Shown here in pieces: positions 1-11,749 of a DNA stretch of 64,000 nt. The translations under genes and the position numbers were made by a program. The notes beneath the pieces were generated by a model, which saw only the letters and a program-made list of their open reading frames with translations, made no database searches and was not told the DNA's origin. The stretch's first letter is position 1; each line of letters opens with the position of its first letter. This DNA is from Heterodontus francisci (lineage: Eukaryota): positions 620,001-684,000 of the forward strand of contig NW_027140825.1 of the NCBI RefSeq assembly GCF_036365525.1, read 5' to 3'.

Positions 1-1109
1 TGACAGAAAATCGACTGCAATGATGTTTTATCAATCTAGTTTGATAGAAGTTAGTAGTGAATGAAAACACAGCATGTATTTTAGCACAGGTATCTTTATG
101 AAGGATGAATACCTACATGGAAGAAGTGAACAGACGATTAGGAAGAGTTTGGCAAACTGCATCCTGCAGACTGAAGGCTGACTCTGTTCATGAACCAATA
201 TCAGGCGGCTGAAGATAAAGCAGAGAGCGGAAATGACAGCACTGGAAGCAGGGTTTCCTTCTGACCCCTCACTTCTGGGTATGACAGAATAATAACACCC
301 ACTGGTCGGAAGGAGCTTGAACAAGGAACTGCTTCCCGTCTGCATCAGGCTCTCGTTGCTTGTGTCTGATTGGTGTTGTATAGGGTAGCTCTTTCGAACA
401 GACGGGCCAGGCTCGATAGGCTGAATGGCCTCGGCTCTGCTGTTTGATTTTATAAATATATAAGACACATCAAGTTGCTTCTTTGTATTAGGCAGATAAA
501 GATTTATTTCCCCTGGGTTAAACGACAATTCAAGGGTTATGTTTTACATTGGGGTGAAATCTTAGATACTTTGAAAAGCGACAGTGTCATGAAGAAGTGG
601 GTTAACTGTTTTAAACAGATGCTCAAACCGCCGTCAGGAGGCAGGTGTTCCAGTGAGAGACCTCTCTGGGGAGGTGTCTCACTTTTGCATTGTATGAATC
701 ATTGGGGACATGTACAACAGGGAGCTATGTGTAACTCTTGTCATAAACCACAGACAGCTCATTCAACAGGACCATGAACCCATTTACCCCACCTCGGAAT
801 CTGTTCTTTGCAGATAGAGGCTGCCTGAACGAGTAGGATCTGATCACATTGCTGCAGCATTTTTAATAATTCATAATGTATTGATGTACTCTGAGTCGAA
901 GGAGAGCAAGAAGGTGAAACTATCAGTAAAATACAAATCATGATATATCAATAATTAAACTGGTATGGTGCAAATAATGGTGTTAGATAGATGATAAACG
1001 TCAAATATATGGTGGATGCATATTTAGAGAGGTGAGAGACGGAGAGATAAATCAATGACAAATATATATATAATCAAGATAAATAGATAGATAAATAGTG
1101 CAAATAACC

Positions 1110-1237
1110 NNNNNNNNNNNNNNNNNNNNNNNNNNNNNNNNNNNNNNNNNNNNNNNNNNNNNNNNNNNNNNNNNNNNNNNNNNNNNNNNNNNNNNNNNNN
1201 NNNNNNNNNNNNNNNNNNNNNNNNNNNNNNNNNNNNN
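1110..1237. other. Assembly gap (N run)
   Basis: Run of n characters; similar gaps at 51586-51748 and 61482-61645. Confidence 0.99.
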
Positions 1238-1266
1238 AGATAGAAAAATAGACAGACAGACACATG

Positions 1267-1333
<67 letters not shown>

Positions 1334-1335
1334 GG
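1267..1335 (+). repeat. (GATA)n microsatellite
   Basis: Direct tetranucleotide repeat gatagata... Confidence 0.95.
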
Positions 1336-1446
1336 ATGCAGAGACGCACAAAGCGACACAGAAACCTGCAGATAGTCAGAGAGACAGAAAGACACTGAGA
1401 TAGACAGACGGGTTTATCTCCCACAAGTGCTTTCCTCCCCCTTTAG

Positions 1447-1485
1447 AGTTTTTGCTGAAATCTGGCACCTTTCTGAGTCACTGTG
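1447..1485 (-). other. 23-RSS of inverted V segment
   Basis: Minus strand: CACAGTG (1485-1479), 23-bp spacer, GCAAAAACT (1455-1447). Confidence 0.95.
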
Positions 1486-2367
1486 CAGACTCGAGGCACA
1501 GTAAAACACGGCTGATTGATTCACCCACAGGCTGGTGGACTCCAGGTAAAAATGGGTGTTGTTTGGTCTTCTGGCGGTGAAACCGTCCACCTCTCTGGAG
1601 GGAATGACCGTTCCGGCAGAGGTGGAATAGAAAAGGTTCTCGGGCTCAGGGTCCGGATGCCACGGGTACCAGTAGACATCGGAGCCAGCATCTGCCTTTG
1701 TGTAAATACACTGGATACTGACTGGAGAGCCTGGGGAATGGGATAAGGAAGCGGGAATCTGTTGGATCAACACGGCCCCCACATCTGTAAAACAGAGAGA
1801 GAGATAAACCCAGGGGCAATGTTTAAATTGACATCGGCCACGAAGAGGGGAGAGGCACGATGGGCTGAATGACCTACTGTGTGCCCTAAATGTCCCGTGT
1901 TTCTATGTAAGAAGGGAGAGGTGGGAGACGGGGAGCTGCAAAGAGCGAGAGAGACATAGAGTGAAAAAGAGTGATAGAAAAGGAGAGAAGCAGAGACAGA
2001 GAGAAAGAGAGAGGGAAGCACAGACAGAGGGAGAAAAACAGCAACATTCTAGACATGAGCAACAGACATGAAGGAGCTAAGAGGACAGGGAGAGAGAGCA
2101 AGAGAGACAGAGAGAAAGGGAGAGTGGGAGGGACAGACATAGAGGAACATATATTGTTAGACAGAGAGAAAGAGAGATAGAGAAAGGGATACAAAACGAG
2201 AAAGAGAGCAGCTAAATTAACAATCACAGTGACGGTGCCTTGTAAGGGGGTAAACCCCCAATGGGGTCACACAGGGAAAGAGCAGTGAAGATGACTGACA
2301 TCTCTCAGTCGAGTTCCACCTTACCCCTTAACACCAGCAACACAACCCAGAGGTGAGACACAGTCAT
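1486..2367 (-). CDS. TCR beta-like V gene segment (TRBV30-like clade), inverted, open frame; leader 2325-2367, V exon 1486-1784
   Basis: Leader MTVSHLWVVLLVLR with GT donor and phase-1 AG acceptor; V exon DVGAVLIQQIP...IQC...VYWYPW...LFYS...GFTARRP...AVFYCASSL followed by a 23-RSS. Confidence 0.9.
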
Positions 2368-3629
2368 CTCTGGAGGGAGACAGATCCATGTGTTCATTGT
2401 GTGAAATCACTGAGCTGGTTTATTGCAGAATATCTCAATGTTCTGAGTGACATTTACTGTCTCCTCCTCCCCACTGTTTCATGTTCCCATTGGTGGGAGG
2501 GAGGGGGTGCAAATTCCTGATGGTTCATTGGCTCCCACATGTTGACATGTTGACAGGTCATTCCCGGGGCTGAGCTAAGGAGGCCTCAGGGGAATCCGGG
2601 GGGCCTCTGGTCAATATTAAAGACCAAACATGATGCAGTCTAACTGCGTTTTTCTGTGTGGGTGAAATAGTTGAGAAGTGAAACATTTCAGAAGCAGTCG
2701 AGTTGACCTGTGGAGCTGCTGTGGGTAAAGCTCACTCTGTCTGAGCATGTGCTGGGCAGCGGATGCAGTGGAGTACCACTGGCACCTAGTGGCTCCAGCT
2801 GCAACTGCAAGCACCGATTCTGCAGGCGTTTCAGTGTCAGACCCTGAACCTGTTTCAGTCATCAGTTATATTCTCCTACTCGACTCGTGTTGGCGCTTGT
2901 GGCCCAGAACTAGATGGAAGTTGATGCATACATCCGCGCCATTCGGCCCGACAGCTCTCTGCTTCACTCAAGCCTCAACCAGTCAAATACATTTTGAAGT
3001 GTTGTAATGTCGGGAAGGAGGCAGACAAGCTGCAAGATCAAGTGCAGGGTCATTCAGAAAGAACAGGGAGTGGGAGTAATTGGACAGGGAAGATGAAACC
3101 AGGGATCATAAATGTAAGGTAGTACTTAATAAATCCAATTGGGAATTCAGGAGGAGGTTCTTTAACCCAGGGAGCGGTGAGAATGTGGAATTACAGACCA
3201 AATGGAATGGGTTGAGGTCGAATAGAGACGATGCAGTTAAAGGGGAGCTGAATAAATACATGAGTGAGAAAGGAATAGAAGAATCTGTTGATAGGGTAAG
3301 ATGAAGAAAGCTGGGAGGAGGTCGCTCTTTCGAGCTGCCAGGCTAGGATCGATGGGCTGAATGGCCTGGATTTGACCTGCATGACACTATGACCCAATAA
3401 GACCCGTCAACCTGCTGCCTTGTTTTGGGGCCAAGACAGTTTCTTCACTGTCACTGGGTCAAAATCCTGAAACTCCCTTCCTAACAGCACTGTGGGTTTA
3501 CCTACCCCACGTGACTGCAGCGGTTCAAGAAGGCAGCTCAGCACCACCTTCTCAATTAGGTGATTAGGGATGGACAATAAATGCTGGCCTCAACCAAAAT
3601 CTCATGAATGAATTGAAAAAGAGAAAATA

Positions 3630-4240
3630 AACTCAGCAGGGGAAAACAAACTCCAAAAAATACAACAACAACCTCAACATGCAAAAACCAAATTGAACAA
3701 CAACTTAAGCAGGGAAGGAACCAAGTACAACTAAAACCTCAGCAGGGAAAACACCAACAAACACAACAACTACCTCCACCAGTGTATTAACACCTAATCT
3801 GTACTAATGCTTTGTCTTTCAACACACTATTAACATATTGTTTGCCTTTGCTCCGTGCCCTTTTGGTCAGCTATGTGGCCTGGTCCAATCTAGACCTCCT
3901 TTGTTACCTCTAGCCCCACCCCCACCTCACTTGCTTATAACCTGTGACTTTTCTAATATTTGTCAGTTCCGATGAAGGGTCACTGACCCGAAACGTTAAT
4001 CCTGCTTCTCTTTTCACAGATGCTGCCAGACCTGCTGAGTGGTTCCAGCATTTCTTGTTTTTATTTCAGATTTCCAGCATCCGCAGTATTTTGCTTTTAT
4101 TACAACAACTACCTCAGAAGGAGATTCAAGCAACAACAAATCCAACAACCTCAGTCGGAGAAAAACACCAGCAAATACAACAACAAATACAACAACAACT
4201 TCAGCAGCAGAATGATACCAACAAATGCAACAGCAACTAC
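3630..4240 (+). repeat. AAC-rich degenerate minisatellite (caacaaattcaacaacaacttcagcaggag...), interrupted by an insertion
   Basis: Same family at 6050-7060 (reverse), 11310-11750, 37985-38210 and 39340-39640. Confidence 0.85.
3777..4101 (+). mobile_element. Penelope-like element terminal fragment with 14-bp target-site duplication
   Basis: Flanked by acaacaactacctc at 3763-3776 and 4102-4115; absent at the paralogous site near 39480-39495; contains gatgaagggtcactgacccgaaacgtt, a hammerhead-like motif typical of Penelope-like terminal repeats. Confidence 0.7.
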
Positions 4241-4400
4241 TGGCAGCCAATGGTAGAGAGAGGGGCGTGGGTTCCCCATCAGGGAGGGAGGTGTTGGGCA
4301 AACCTCAATCACTTGCTTGAGTCTTCATGTGGCTTCTCACAAGACTCAACTCTCTTCTTTCCACTGATTTCCCAATTGCAGGTTCAGCTTCCAGTGAAAG

Positions 4401-4893
4401 ATGTATCTGTTACTGAGTCTCATGGTCTTATTTCAAAGTAAGGGATCTTTCTCACCACCACCCCACACCCCCATTATTTGTGTTAACAGCTGTCTTTCTT
4501 ATTTTCTTTCTCTCTATCTTTCTCTCCTTGTTTCATTCTTCACATCCCAGATTGTCCCTGTTCACTGACCTTCTTCTCTCCCGGTCTCTTCCCCCAGGCG
4601 CAATCTCAGCAAGGGTCCGCCAGGCTCCCACCGCCGTCTCCAGATTTCCTGGGGAGGGAGTGGGACTGGAGTGCCGTGTGGAGGGTGAGAGCAGCGGTTC
4701 CATGTTCTGGTACAGACAGGACCCGGGGAAGGAGCCGCGGCTGATGTTTTACTCCGCAGCTACACCAAGTGTGAACTCAGAGGGAACTGTGGAGGGTTTC
4801 ACAGCCAAGCGACCGACTGGCTCCCACTTCAACCTGGAGTCCACCAGCCTGCGGGAGAATCATTCGGCCCTGTATTTCTGTGCCTGGAGTCAG
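4401..4893 (+). CDS. TCR beta-like V gene segment (TRBV30-like), apparently functional; leader 4401-4437, V exon 4598-4893
   Basis: Leader MYLLLSLMVLFQ|gtaagg; V exon SAISARVRQAP...GLECRVEG...MFWYRQDPGKEPRLMFYS...GFTAKRP...ALYFCAWSQ; both Cys and the Trp conserved. Confidence 0.93.
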
Positions 4894-4932
4894 CACAGTG
4901 ACTCAGAGAGACGGAGCAGTTCAACAAAAACA
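4894..4932 (+). other. 23-RSS
   Basis: CACAGTG, actcagagagacggagcagttca (23 bp), ACAAAAACA. Confidence 0.96.
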
Positions 4933-5029
4933 CCAACAGAAACACCTGTTTCAGATAAAAGCCCGCAGCTCTGTATCCTGTTTGGTTTATCTATTGCAGT
5001 GTGAACATGTCTTCGACATGAAGAAGACA

Positions 5030-5930
5030 CAGAAAGATGTTCAAGGATGATATCAGAACTGAGAGGTTATAATGATCAGGAAAAGACTGAACAGACTGGG
5101 GCTCTTTTCTCCAAAAAAGAGAAGGCTGAGGAGTGACCTGATAGAGCTCTTTAAGATTATGAAAGTGGTTTTGATCAGATAAATGTAGAGAAGATTTTTT
5201 CCATTTGCGGGTGAGTCCAGAAAAAGGGGGAGGGGTCATCAATATAAGACAGTCACCAATAAATCCAATTGGGAATTCGGGAGAAACATCTTCACCCAGA
5301 GAGTGGGGAGAATGTGGAACTCATTACCACAGGCTGAGGGGAATAGGCAAGATGTATTTAAGCTGGGGGGTGGGGGTGGGGAAGCTGCATAGGACATGAG
5401 GGAGAGAGGAACAGAAGGAGATGTGGCTTGTGGCGAGATGAAGTGGGCGTGGAACGACGTTCGTGTGGACCAAAAAGGCCTGCATGGACGTGTCTGGCCG
5501 AATGATCTATTTCTGTGCTGTAACTTCCCTGCAGCTGGAGCGAGGAGCAGGAACACCAACACTGTGGGACTAGTCAGTGGAGCTGGGGAACTGACTCCTG
5601 GGTGAGGAGCAGCTTTTCTTTGTGATCCTCATCTAAACCTGTCACAATCTTGTACACCTCTATCAGGTCTCCACTCAATCTCATTTTCTCCAGGTTTTCC
5701 AACCTAACCTTGTAATTAAAATCCCCTATCCCCGGAATCATATTGGTAAATCTCCTCTACACCCTCTCAAGGAAACTCACCTCCTTCCTAAAGTGTGGTG
5801 CGCAGAACTGGATGCAATTGTCCAGTTGTGGCCTAACTAGAGCTTTATAAAGATTCAGCATAACTTCCCATATTTTGTAGGCAGTGCCTCTATTTATGAA
5901 GCCCAAGATCTCACAGTTTTGCTAATCTCA
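5030..5930. mobile_element. CR1-type LINE 3' fragments (both orientations)
   Basis: Degenerate RT C-terminus and 3' UTR signatures; boundaries approximate. Confidence 0.65.
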
Positions 5931-6049
5931 TATGTTTTGCTATTCCCATACTCTTTGCTACTGTTTCGAAGTACAGCCACTGCTGTAATGCAGGAAGTGT
6001 GGCAGCCAGTTTCTACAAGGCAAGATCCCACGAACAGACAATGTGCAGA

Positions 6050-7060
6050 TCCTGCTGAAGTTGTTGTTGAATTTGTTGGTTTTTTTCTCCTGCTGAAGTT
6101 GTTGTTGACTTTGTTGGTGTTTTTCCTGTTGAAGTTGTTGTTGCATTTGTTGCTGTTTTTCCTGCTGAGGTTGTTGTTGAAATTGTTGGTGTTTTTCTCC
6201 TGCTGAAGTTGTTGTTGACTTTGTTCGAGTTTTTCCTGTTGAAGTTGTTGTTGAATTTGATGGCGTTTTCCCTGTTGAGGTTGTTATTGAATTTGTTGTT
6301 GTTTTCTCCTGCTGAAGTTGCTGGTGAATTTGTTGGTGTTTTTCTTGTTGTTGAATTTGTTGGTGCTTTTCCTCTTGAGGTTGTTGTTGACTTTGTTGGT
6401 GTTTTTCTCCTGCTAAAGTTGTTGTAGACTTTGTTGGTGTTTTTCTCCTGTTGAAGTTGTTGTTGATTTTATTAGTATTTTATATTTCTCCTGTTGAAGT
6501 TATTGCTGAGCTTGTTAGTGGGTTATTTTTCTGCTTCAGTTATTTTTGTATTTTTTCCTGTTTGCCTCCTGATAAAGTTGTTGTTGAATCTATTGGTGTT
6601 TTTTCTCGATGTTGTTGTTGAATTTATTGTTGTTTTTCCTGTTGAAGTTGTTGTTAAATTTATTGGTGTTTTTTCCACCTGCTGACGTTGTTATTGAATT
6701 TGTTGGTGTTTTTCTCCTGAAGTTGTTTTTGAATTTGTTGGTGTTTTTCCTGTTGAAGTTGTTGAATTTGTTGGTGTTTTTCTCCTGTTGAAGTTGTTGT
6801 TGACTTTGTTGGTGTTTTTCTCCTGATGAAGTTGTTGTTGACTTTGTTGGTGTTTTTCTCCTGCTGAAGTTGTTATTGAATTTGTTGGCGTTTTTCCTGT
6901 TGAGGTTGTTGTTGAATTTGTTGGTGTTTTTCCTGTTGAGGTTGTCGTTGAATTTGTTGGTGTTTTTCTTCTGTTAAAGTTGTTGTTGAATTTGTTGGCG
7001 TTTTCCCTGTTGAGGTTGTTGTTGAATTTGTGAGTGTTTTTTTCTGCTGCAGTTGTTTTT
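6050..7060 (-). repeat. GTT-rich minisatellite (reverse of the AAC-rich family)
   Basis: Tandem ctgctgaagttgttgttgaatttgttggtgtttt-like units; explains the Leu/Val- and Thr/Gln-rich ORFs here. Confidence 0.9.
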
Positions 7061-8504
7061 GTCTTTTTGGGGGTTTTCTCCTCCAGGGGGACAGCAGAGG
7101 GCGAGCTAGGACCAGGAAACCCATCAGACTTCACCAATATTGATTAAAAAAACATGGTTTTCATTGTTCTGTAAAATTGTTTCCTTTCTCTCTCTTCATG
7201 TCTGTTTCTTTGTCTCTGTTGCCCTTGTTATCTTTCCTCTCTCACACACACTCACTCTCATTCTCTTTCTTTATCCCTGTCTGTCTTTCCTTCTCTCAGT
7301 TCCTCTCTGCTCTGTTGCTCTTTCTGTCTCTCACACACACACACATTCTCATTCTCTCTCTTTATCTCACTGTCTTCTATCCTTCCCCTCTCTTTCTCGC
7401 CTCTCATTTTCTCACTTACTCTTGCTGTCTGTCTCTATTTCTCTCTCACACACACTCACTCATTTTTCTCTCTCTCTCTCTCATTAATTCTGACAATCTC
7501 CTCTCATTTCCTGTCTCTGTGTCGCTCTGTCTCTCCTTGTCTGTCTCTACACCTCCTACTGCTTCATTCTCTCTATCTGTCACGATGTCTCTCATTCTCT
7601 CTCTCTCTCTCTGTCTAACTTATTTTGCCTGAATAATTCCATCTCTCAGTGGCTTTGTCGATCAGTCTGTCTCTCTTTCTCTCTGTCTCTGCCTCACTCT
7701 ACCTCTCCCTTGCTCCCTCTCAGCTGTTCTCTCTCTCTCTCATTTTCTCTTTATTTTTACCTATGCAGGGATCCCTGGGATGGCCTCTGCCTGTACGGCG
7801 CTGATCCCTGCTAAGCTTTTGTTGGTATGATCTGGTCAGAGGGTGCTCCGTAAGGAATACAACGCCAGAGACAGTGATTACTCGCCCTGTCTGCAGTTTC
7901 CACAGCAGCAGGGGCGGTTTGATCACACTGCTTACAACGAGCCTCCTCCTCTGAAAAGAATCTCAAAGTAGTTAAAGATCTGCTGACAGAAGATACTGAA
8001 GTGTTATTCGGAGATACTGGTCACAATTCCTTCCCTTTCCATATTCCTGCTTTCCACCTTTAAGACAGGAAACACCACTGTCCCCATTTGGTACCATTGT
8101 TGATGAAATTAATGTTCATAATAGTTACTTTCTGCATTGTTATATGTAATCACCTCGTCAACCAAACTGAAATAATTCACTGCTGCTTGATCCGAACAGC
8201 AGTTAGGATTATTTTAACAGAGTATCATCCTTAAACATTACCTATTTTCCTTTTGCTCAGATGCAGACTGAGCTGGTTTGCATTCATCCTTCCGAGTTTG
8301 GCGCTTTTATAGTTTTACCACTGTCAAAAATCTGATTTATAATTGGGCTTAACCTATGGAGCAAATATAAGCGTGAAGGTAGCAGCGTGACTGGAGGAAA
8401 ATAATTTGTCTCCTCTGCTTTTGCCTCTGTCCCTCCCTGTAACCCTCTATCGTTCTCTCCCCATTGATCTGCCATCCTGTATGAAGAATCTTGTCAGATG
8501 TTAG

Positions 8505-8825
8505 ATGGTTCTCCAGTCCCCGGCGGCCAACGCCCTGGTTCCTGGGGAGGAAACCACGTTCCACAGCAGAATTGGGCAGAGCAACATGACTGAGTGTTGT
8601 TTGGACTGGTACTTGCAGATTGGTGACTGCCTGGGATGGATCAGATGGAGTGCACTTTCTGCATCTAACAACAGGAAATGGATTGAAACCCAGCACGAGA
8701 CTCAGGCCAACACTTTCCCTCTGTCGTTGAAAAGCTCCTGGGTCCAAGACAACAGCGCTTACTACTGCAGGGCTCACAAGGATACACACAGTGTAACTAG
8801 AATGGAAGGAAACAGGGCAAAAACT
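8505..8825 (+). pseudogene. Atypical Ig-like V pseudogene with 23-RSS (RSS 8787-8825)
   Basis: VLQSP...FHSRIG (first Cys replaced by Ser)...DWYLQ..CLGWI...NTFPLSL..QDNSAYYC; CACAGTG-23-GCAAAAACT; no intact leader found. Confidence 0.8.
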
Positions 8826-9959
8826 TGGGAATTGTGTAATACATCTTACCCCAGTCTCTGGGGGTACGGTAGCATAGCTGTTATGTTACTGGGACTAGTA
8901 ATCCAGAGGCTTCGACCGAATGATGCAGAGCACTGGAGCTCAAATCCCACCACAGCAGCTGGGATAATCAAACCAAACAAGCACCACCTTAAATATTTAC
9001 TCCCTCCGCCACCGACGCACATTGGCAGCAGTGTGTACCAGCTACAAGATGTACAGCAGTAATGCACCAAGGTTCCTTTGACAGCACCTTCCAAACCCAC
9101 GAACTCTACCAACTAGAAGGATAAGGGCAGCAGACGCATGGGGAAACCACTGCATGCAAGTTCCCCTCCAAGCCACACACCATCCTGACTTGAAACTATA
9201 TCGGCCGTTTCTTCACTGTCGCTGGGTCAAAATCCTGGAACTCCCTTCCTAACAGCACTGTGGGTGTACATACCCCACATGGACTGCAGCGGTTCAAGAA
9301 GGCAGCTCACCACCACCTTCTCAGAGGTCAATTAACGAAAAATAATACATGCTGGCCTAGCCTAGCCAGTGACACCCACATCCAATGACTCCCTGCTCCT
9401 CTCCAATTTCCCAATATTAACTTCCTCAGACTTGTTCTCAAATCCCTCCATGGCCTCACCCCTCCCTATCTCTGTTGCCTCCTCCAGCCCCACAAGACAT
9501 TGACATCTTCTGTGTTCATCCAATTCCTGGCCTCTTGTGTATCCCCGATTTTAACACTCCACCATTGGCGGTCATGCTTTAAGCTGACTTGGTATTAAGA
9601 TCCTGAATTATCTCACTAACCCTCTCCACCTCTCGACCTCCCTCTCTCCTCTTTTAAAATGCTCCGTTAAAAACTCTCTCTTTGATCAAGCCTCTGGTTA
9701 TCTCGCCCGAAATATCGTTCTGTGGCTCGATTTCCAAAAACGTCAGAAATGTTCTTATTGGTATCACTGCTGCTAAGCACCTTGGGACATTTTGCTGCAT
9801 TAAGTGTGCTATTTAAATGTAAGTTGTTGTTGGTGTAACGGAAAAAGTAAGGGGACCAGCTTTATTAATTGACGTTACTGATCAGCAGCGAGCCCGATGA
9901 GATTCTCCTGACACGGAATTGTATTCCTGAGGAAGTGAAAAGCACATGTTTACATCTCC

Positions 9960-10486
9960 ACCCAGATCAGTCAGTTGAACTGTTGTGAAATGACTCATTG
10001 GTCACAACTCTCTAGTGTAACGATGTCAAACGTCTGCAATAAGTGAACATGGCTGGGTATCGTCCATTGATGGACATTCAGACAAGGAGAGCTGCAGTTT
10101 GGAAAGGGCTTTTAACGTGTTTGACTCCCTGACCATCCAGTGTGATTGTAAATCTGATTGTAAACTGTGTGTTTAAAGTTTTATTGCATTCTCTGTCTGC
10201 TCAATACATCCATGAACGCTGACCATGACCGTCTCAAGAAGTTTATTGATTTTGCTGGAATGGCTTTCCCATATGATCATGGAAATCCAGTGTTTTTGTT
10301 CTGGGAGGGAACACTCACTGTTAAATGATTGCTGAGGGCTGGGATCAGAAGGGATGTGACTGTGCATGGTGGGTCTGCCCAGCATTCCCCAAACCTCGTG
10401 CTGCTCCATTCTATTCTGGTCAGTGCTTCCACCCTGGATAATCCAGCTCACTCAAGGCCTGACAGAGGAAAATGAGAAATCCTGGC
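9960..10486 (+). repeat. Unique-sequence block duplicated in inverted orientation at 18148-18675
   Basis: Reverse-complement match over ~520 bp (aatgagaaatcctggc vs gccaggatttctcatt; gttgaactgttgtgaaatgactca vs tgagtcatttcacaacagttcaac). Confidence 0.9.
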
Positions 10487-11749
10487 AACAGGAGTGGGCC
10501 ATTCGCCCCGTTCGAGCTCGCTCCGCCATTCAGGGAGATCATGGATCATCTACAACTTATTTCCATTTGCCCATCTGGGTTCCATATCATTTAATACCCT
10601 CACCTAACATCAATCTAGCAAGCTCTGCTTTGTAATGTCTGATTAACCCCCCTCACACCCCCATCTGTAGAGCTTTTTGAGGGCGAGAGTTCCAGATTTC
10701 CACTACCTGCTGTGTGAACCAGCGTTTCCTGACATCACTCCTGAACAGCCCCACCCCACCTTGCCCTGGACTCCCCCAGCAGAGGAAATTGTTTCTGTCC
10801 ATTAACACCATCGAATCCTTTAATCGTCCTAAATATTTCAATGAGATCACCCTTTAATCTCCTATACTTAAGAGAATATGACATTAGGCCATGCAAACTG
10901 TGAAGCTAATTTAACCCTTTCAGACCTGGTGTCATTACCTCCAAGGCTGAGACATCCTTCCTGAGTTTTGATGCACAGAACTGAAGATGGTTTCTCCAGA
11001 AGGGGACTAATCCGAGCTGCATACAACAGTAACACAACATCCAGCGCTTTCTATTCCAGCCCCCTTGAGGGAAAAGGGACAATACTCTTTGTTGTAATAG
11101 TTACTTAATTTTTTAATTATTTGACCTGGAAACGAACCTGCAGAAAGGTTATTTCAATGAGCAGGAGGTCGCTCTGTGGAACAGGGTCCCAGGGAGACGC
11201 TGGAAGCAGATATTACCTGCACATTAGAGAGATTTCACTCAGGGATACACTTATAGTGTAAGCTGAGTCATGAGGGGTGGTGAGTGTAACATGTTCAGGA
11301 GGAACAGGGGAATTCAACAACAACTTCAGGAGGGGGAAAAAGAACAACAAATACAACAACTTCAGGAGCAGAAAGACACCAACAAATTCAACAACTTCTT
11401 CAGGAGAATTAAAAACAAACATCACAACAACTTCAACAGGAAAATTACACCAACAAATTCAACAACAACTTCAGGAAGCAATCACCAACAAATCCTGCAA
11501 CTTTAGGGGAAGGGGGGAGTTAAAAAAACAACTAATATTCTCACAACGTCAGCAGGGGAAACACCTACAACTTCACCAACAACTTTAGGGAAGTACATCA
11601 AGCAATGCAGCAGCAACTTCAGCTGGGCAAAGACACCAACAAGTTCAACAACAACTTCAGTGAAAAAAAGACAATAAATACAGCAACAACTTCAGCAGGG
11701 GAAAAACACTAACAAATTGAACAACATCAGAAGGGGGTAAAACACTGAC

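Larger units (their letters stand above)
3440..9390 (+). repeat. Segmental duplication, copy 1 (paralogous to 39140-42370)
   Basis: LINE tail, AAC-rich satellite and V promoter (3440-4325) match 39140-39725; 7030-9390 matches 40020-42365 colinearly. Confidence 0.9.

Noticed and set aside
590-790. Possible TCR beta enhancer (E-box CAGGTG near 642, Runx-like AAACCACA near 745) next to the inverted V
   Set aside because: Short motifs expected by chance; no C region in the window to anchor the position.
2617-3007. GC-richer ORFs between the divergent V genes
   Set aside because: No recognisable domain or splice-consistent structure.
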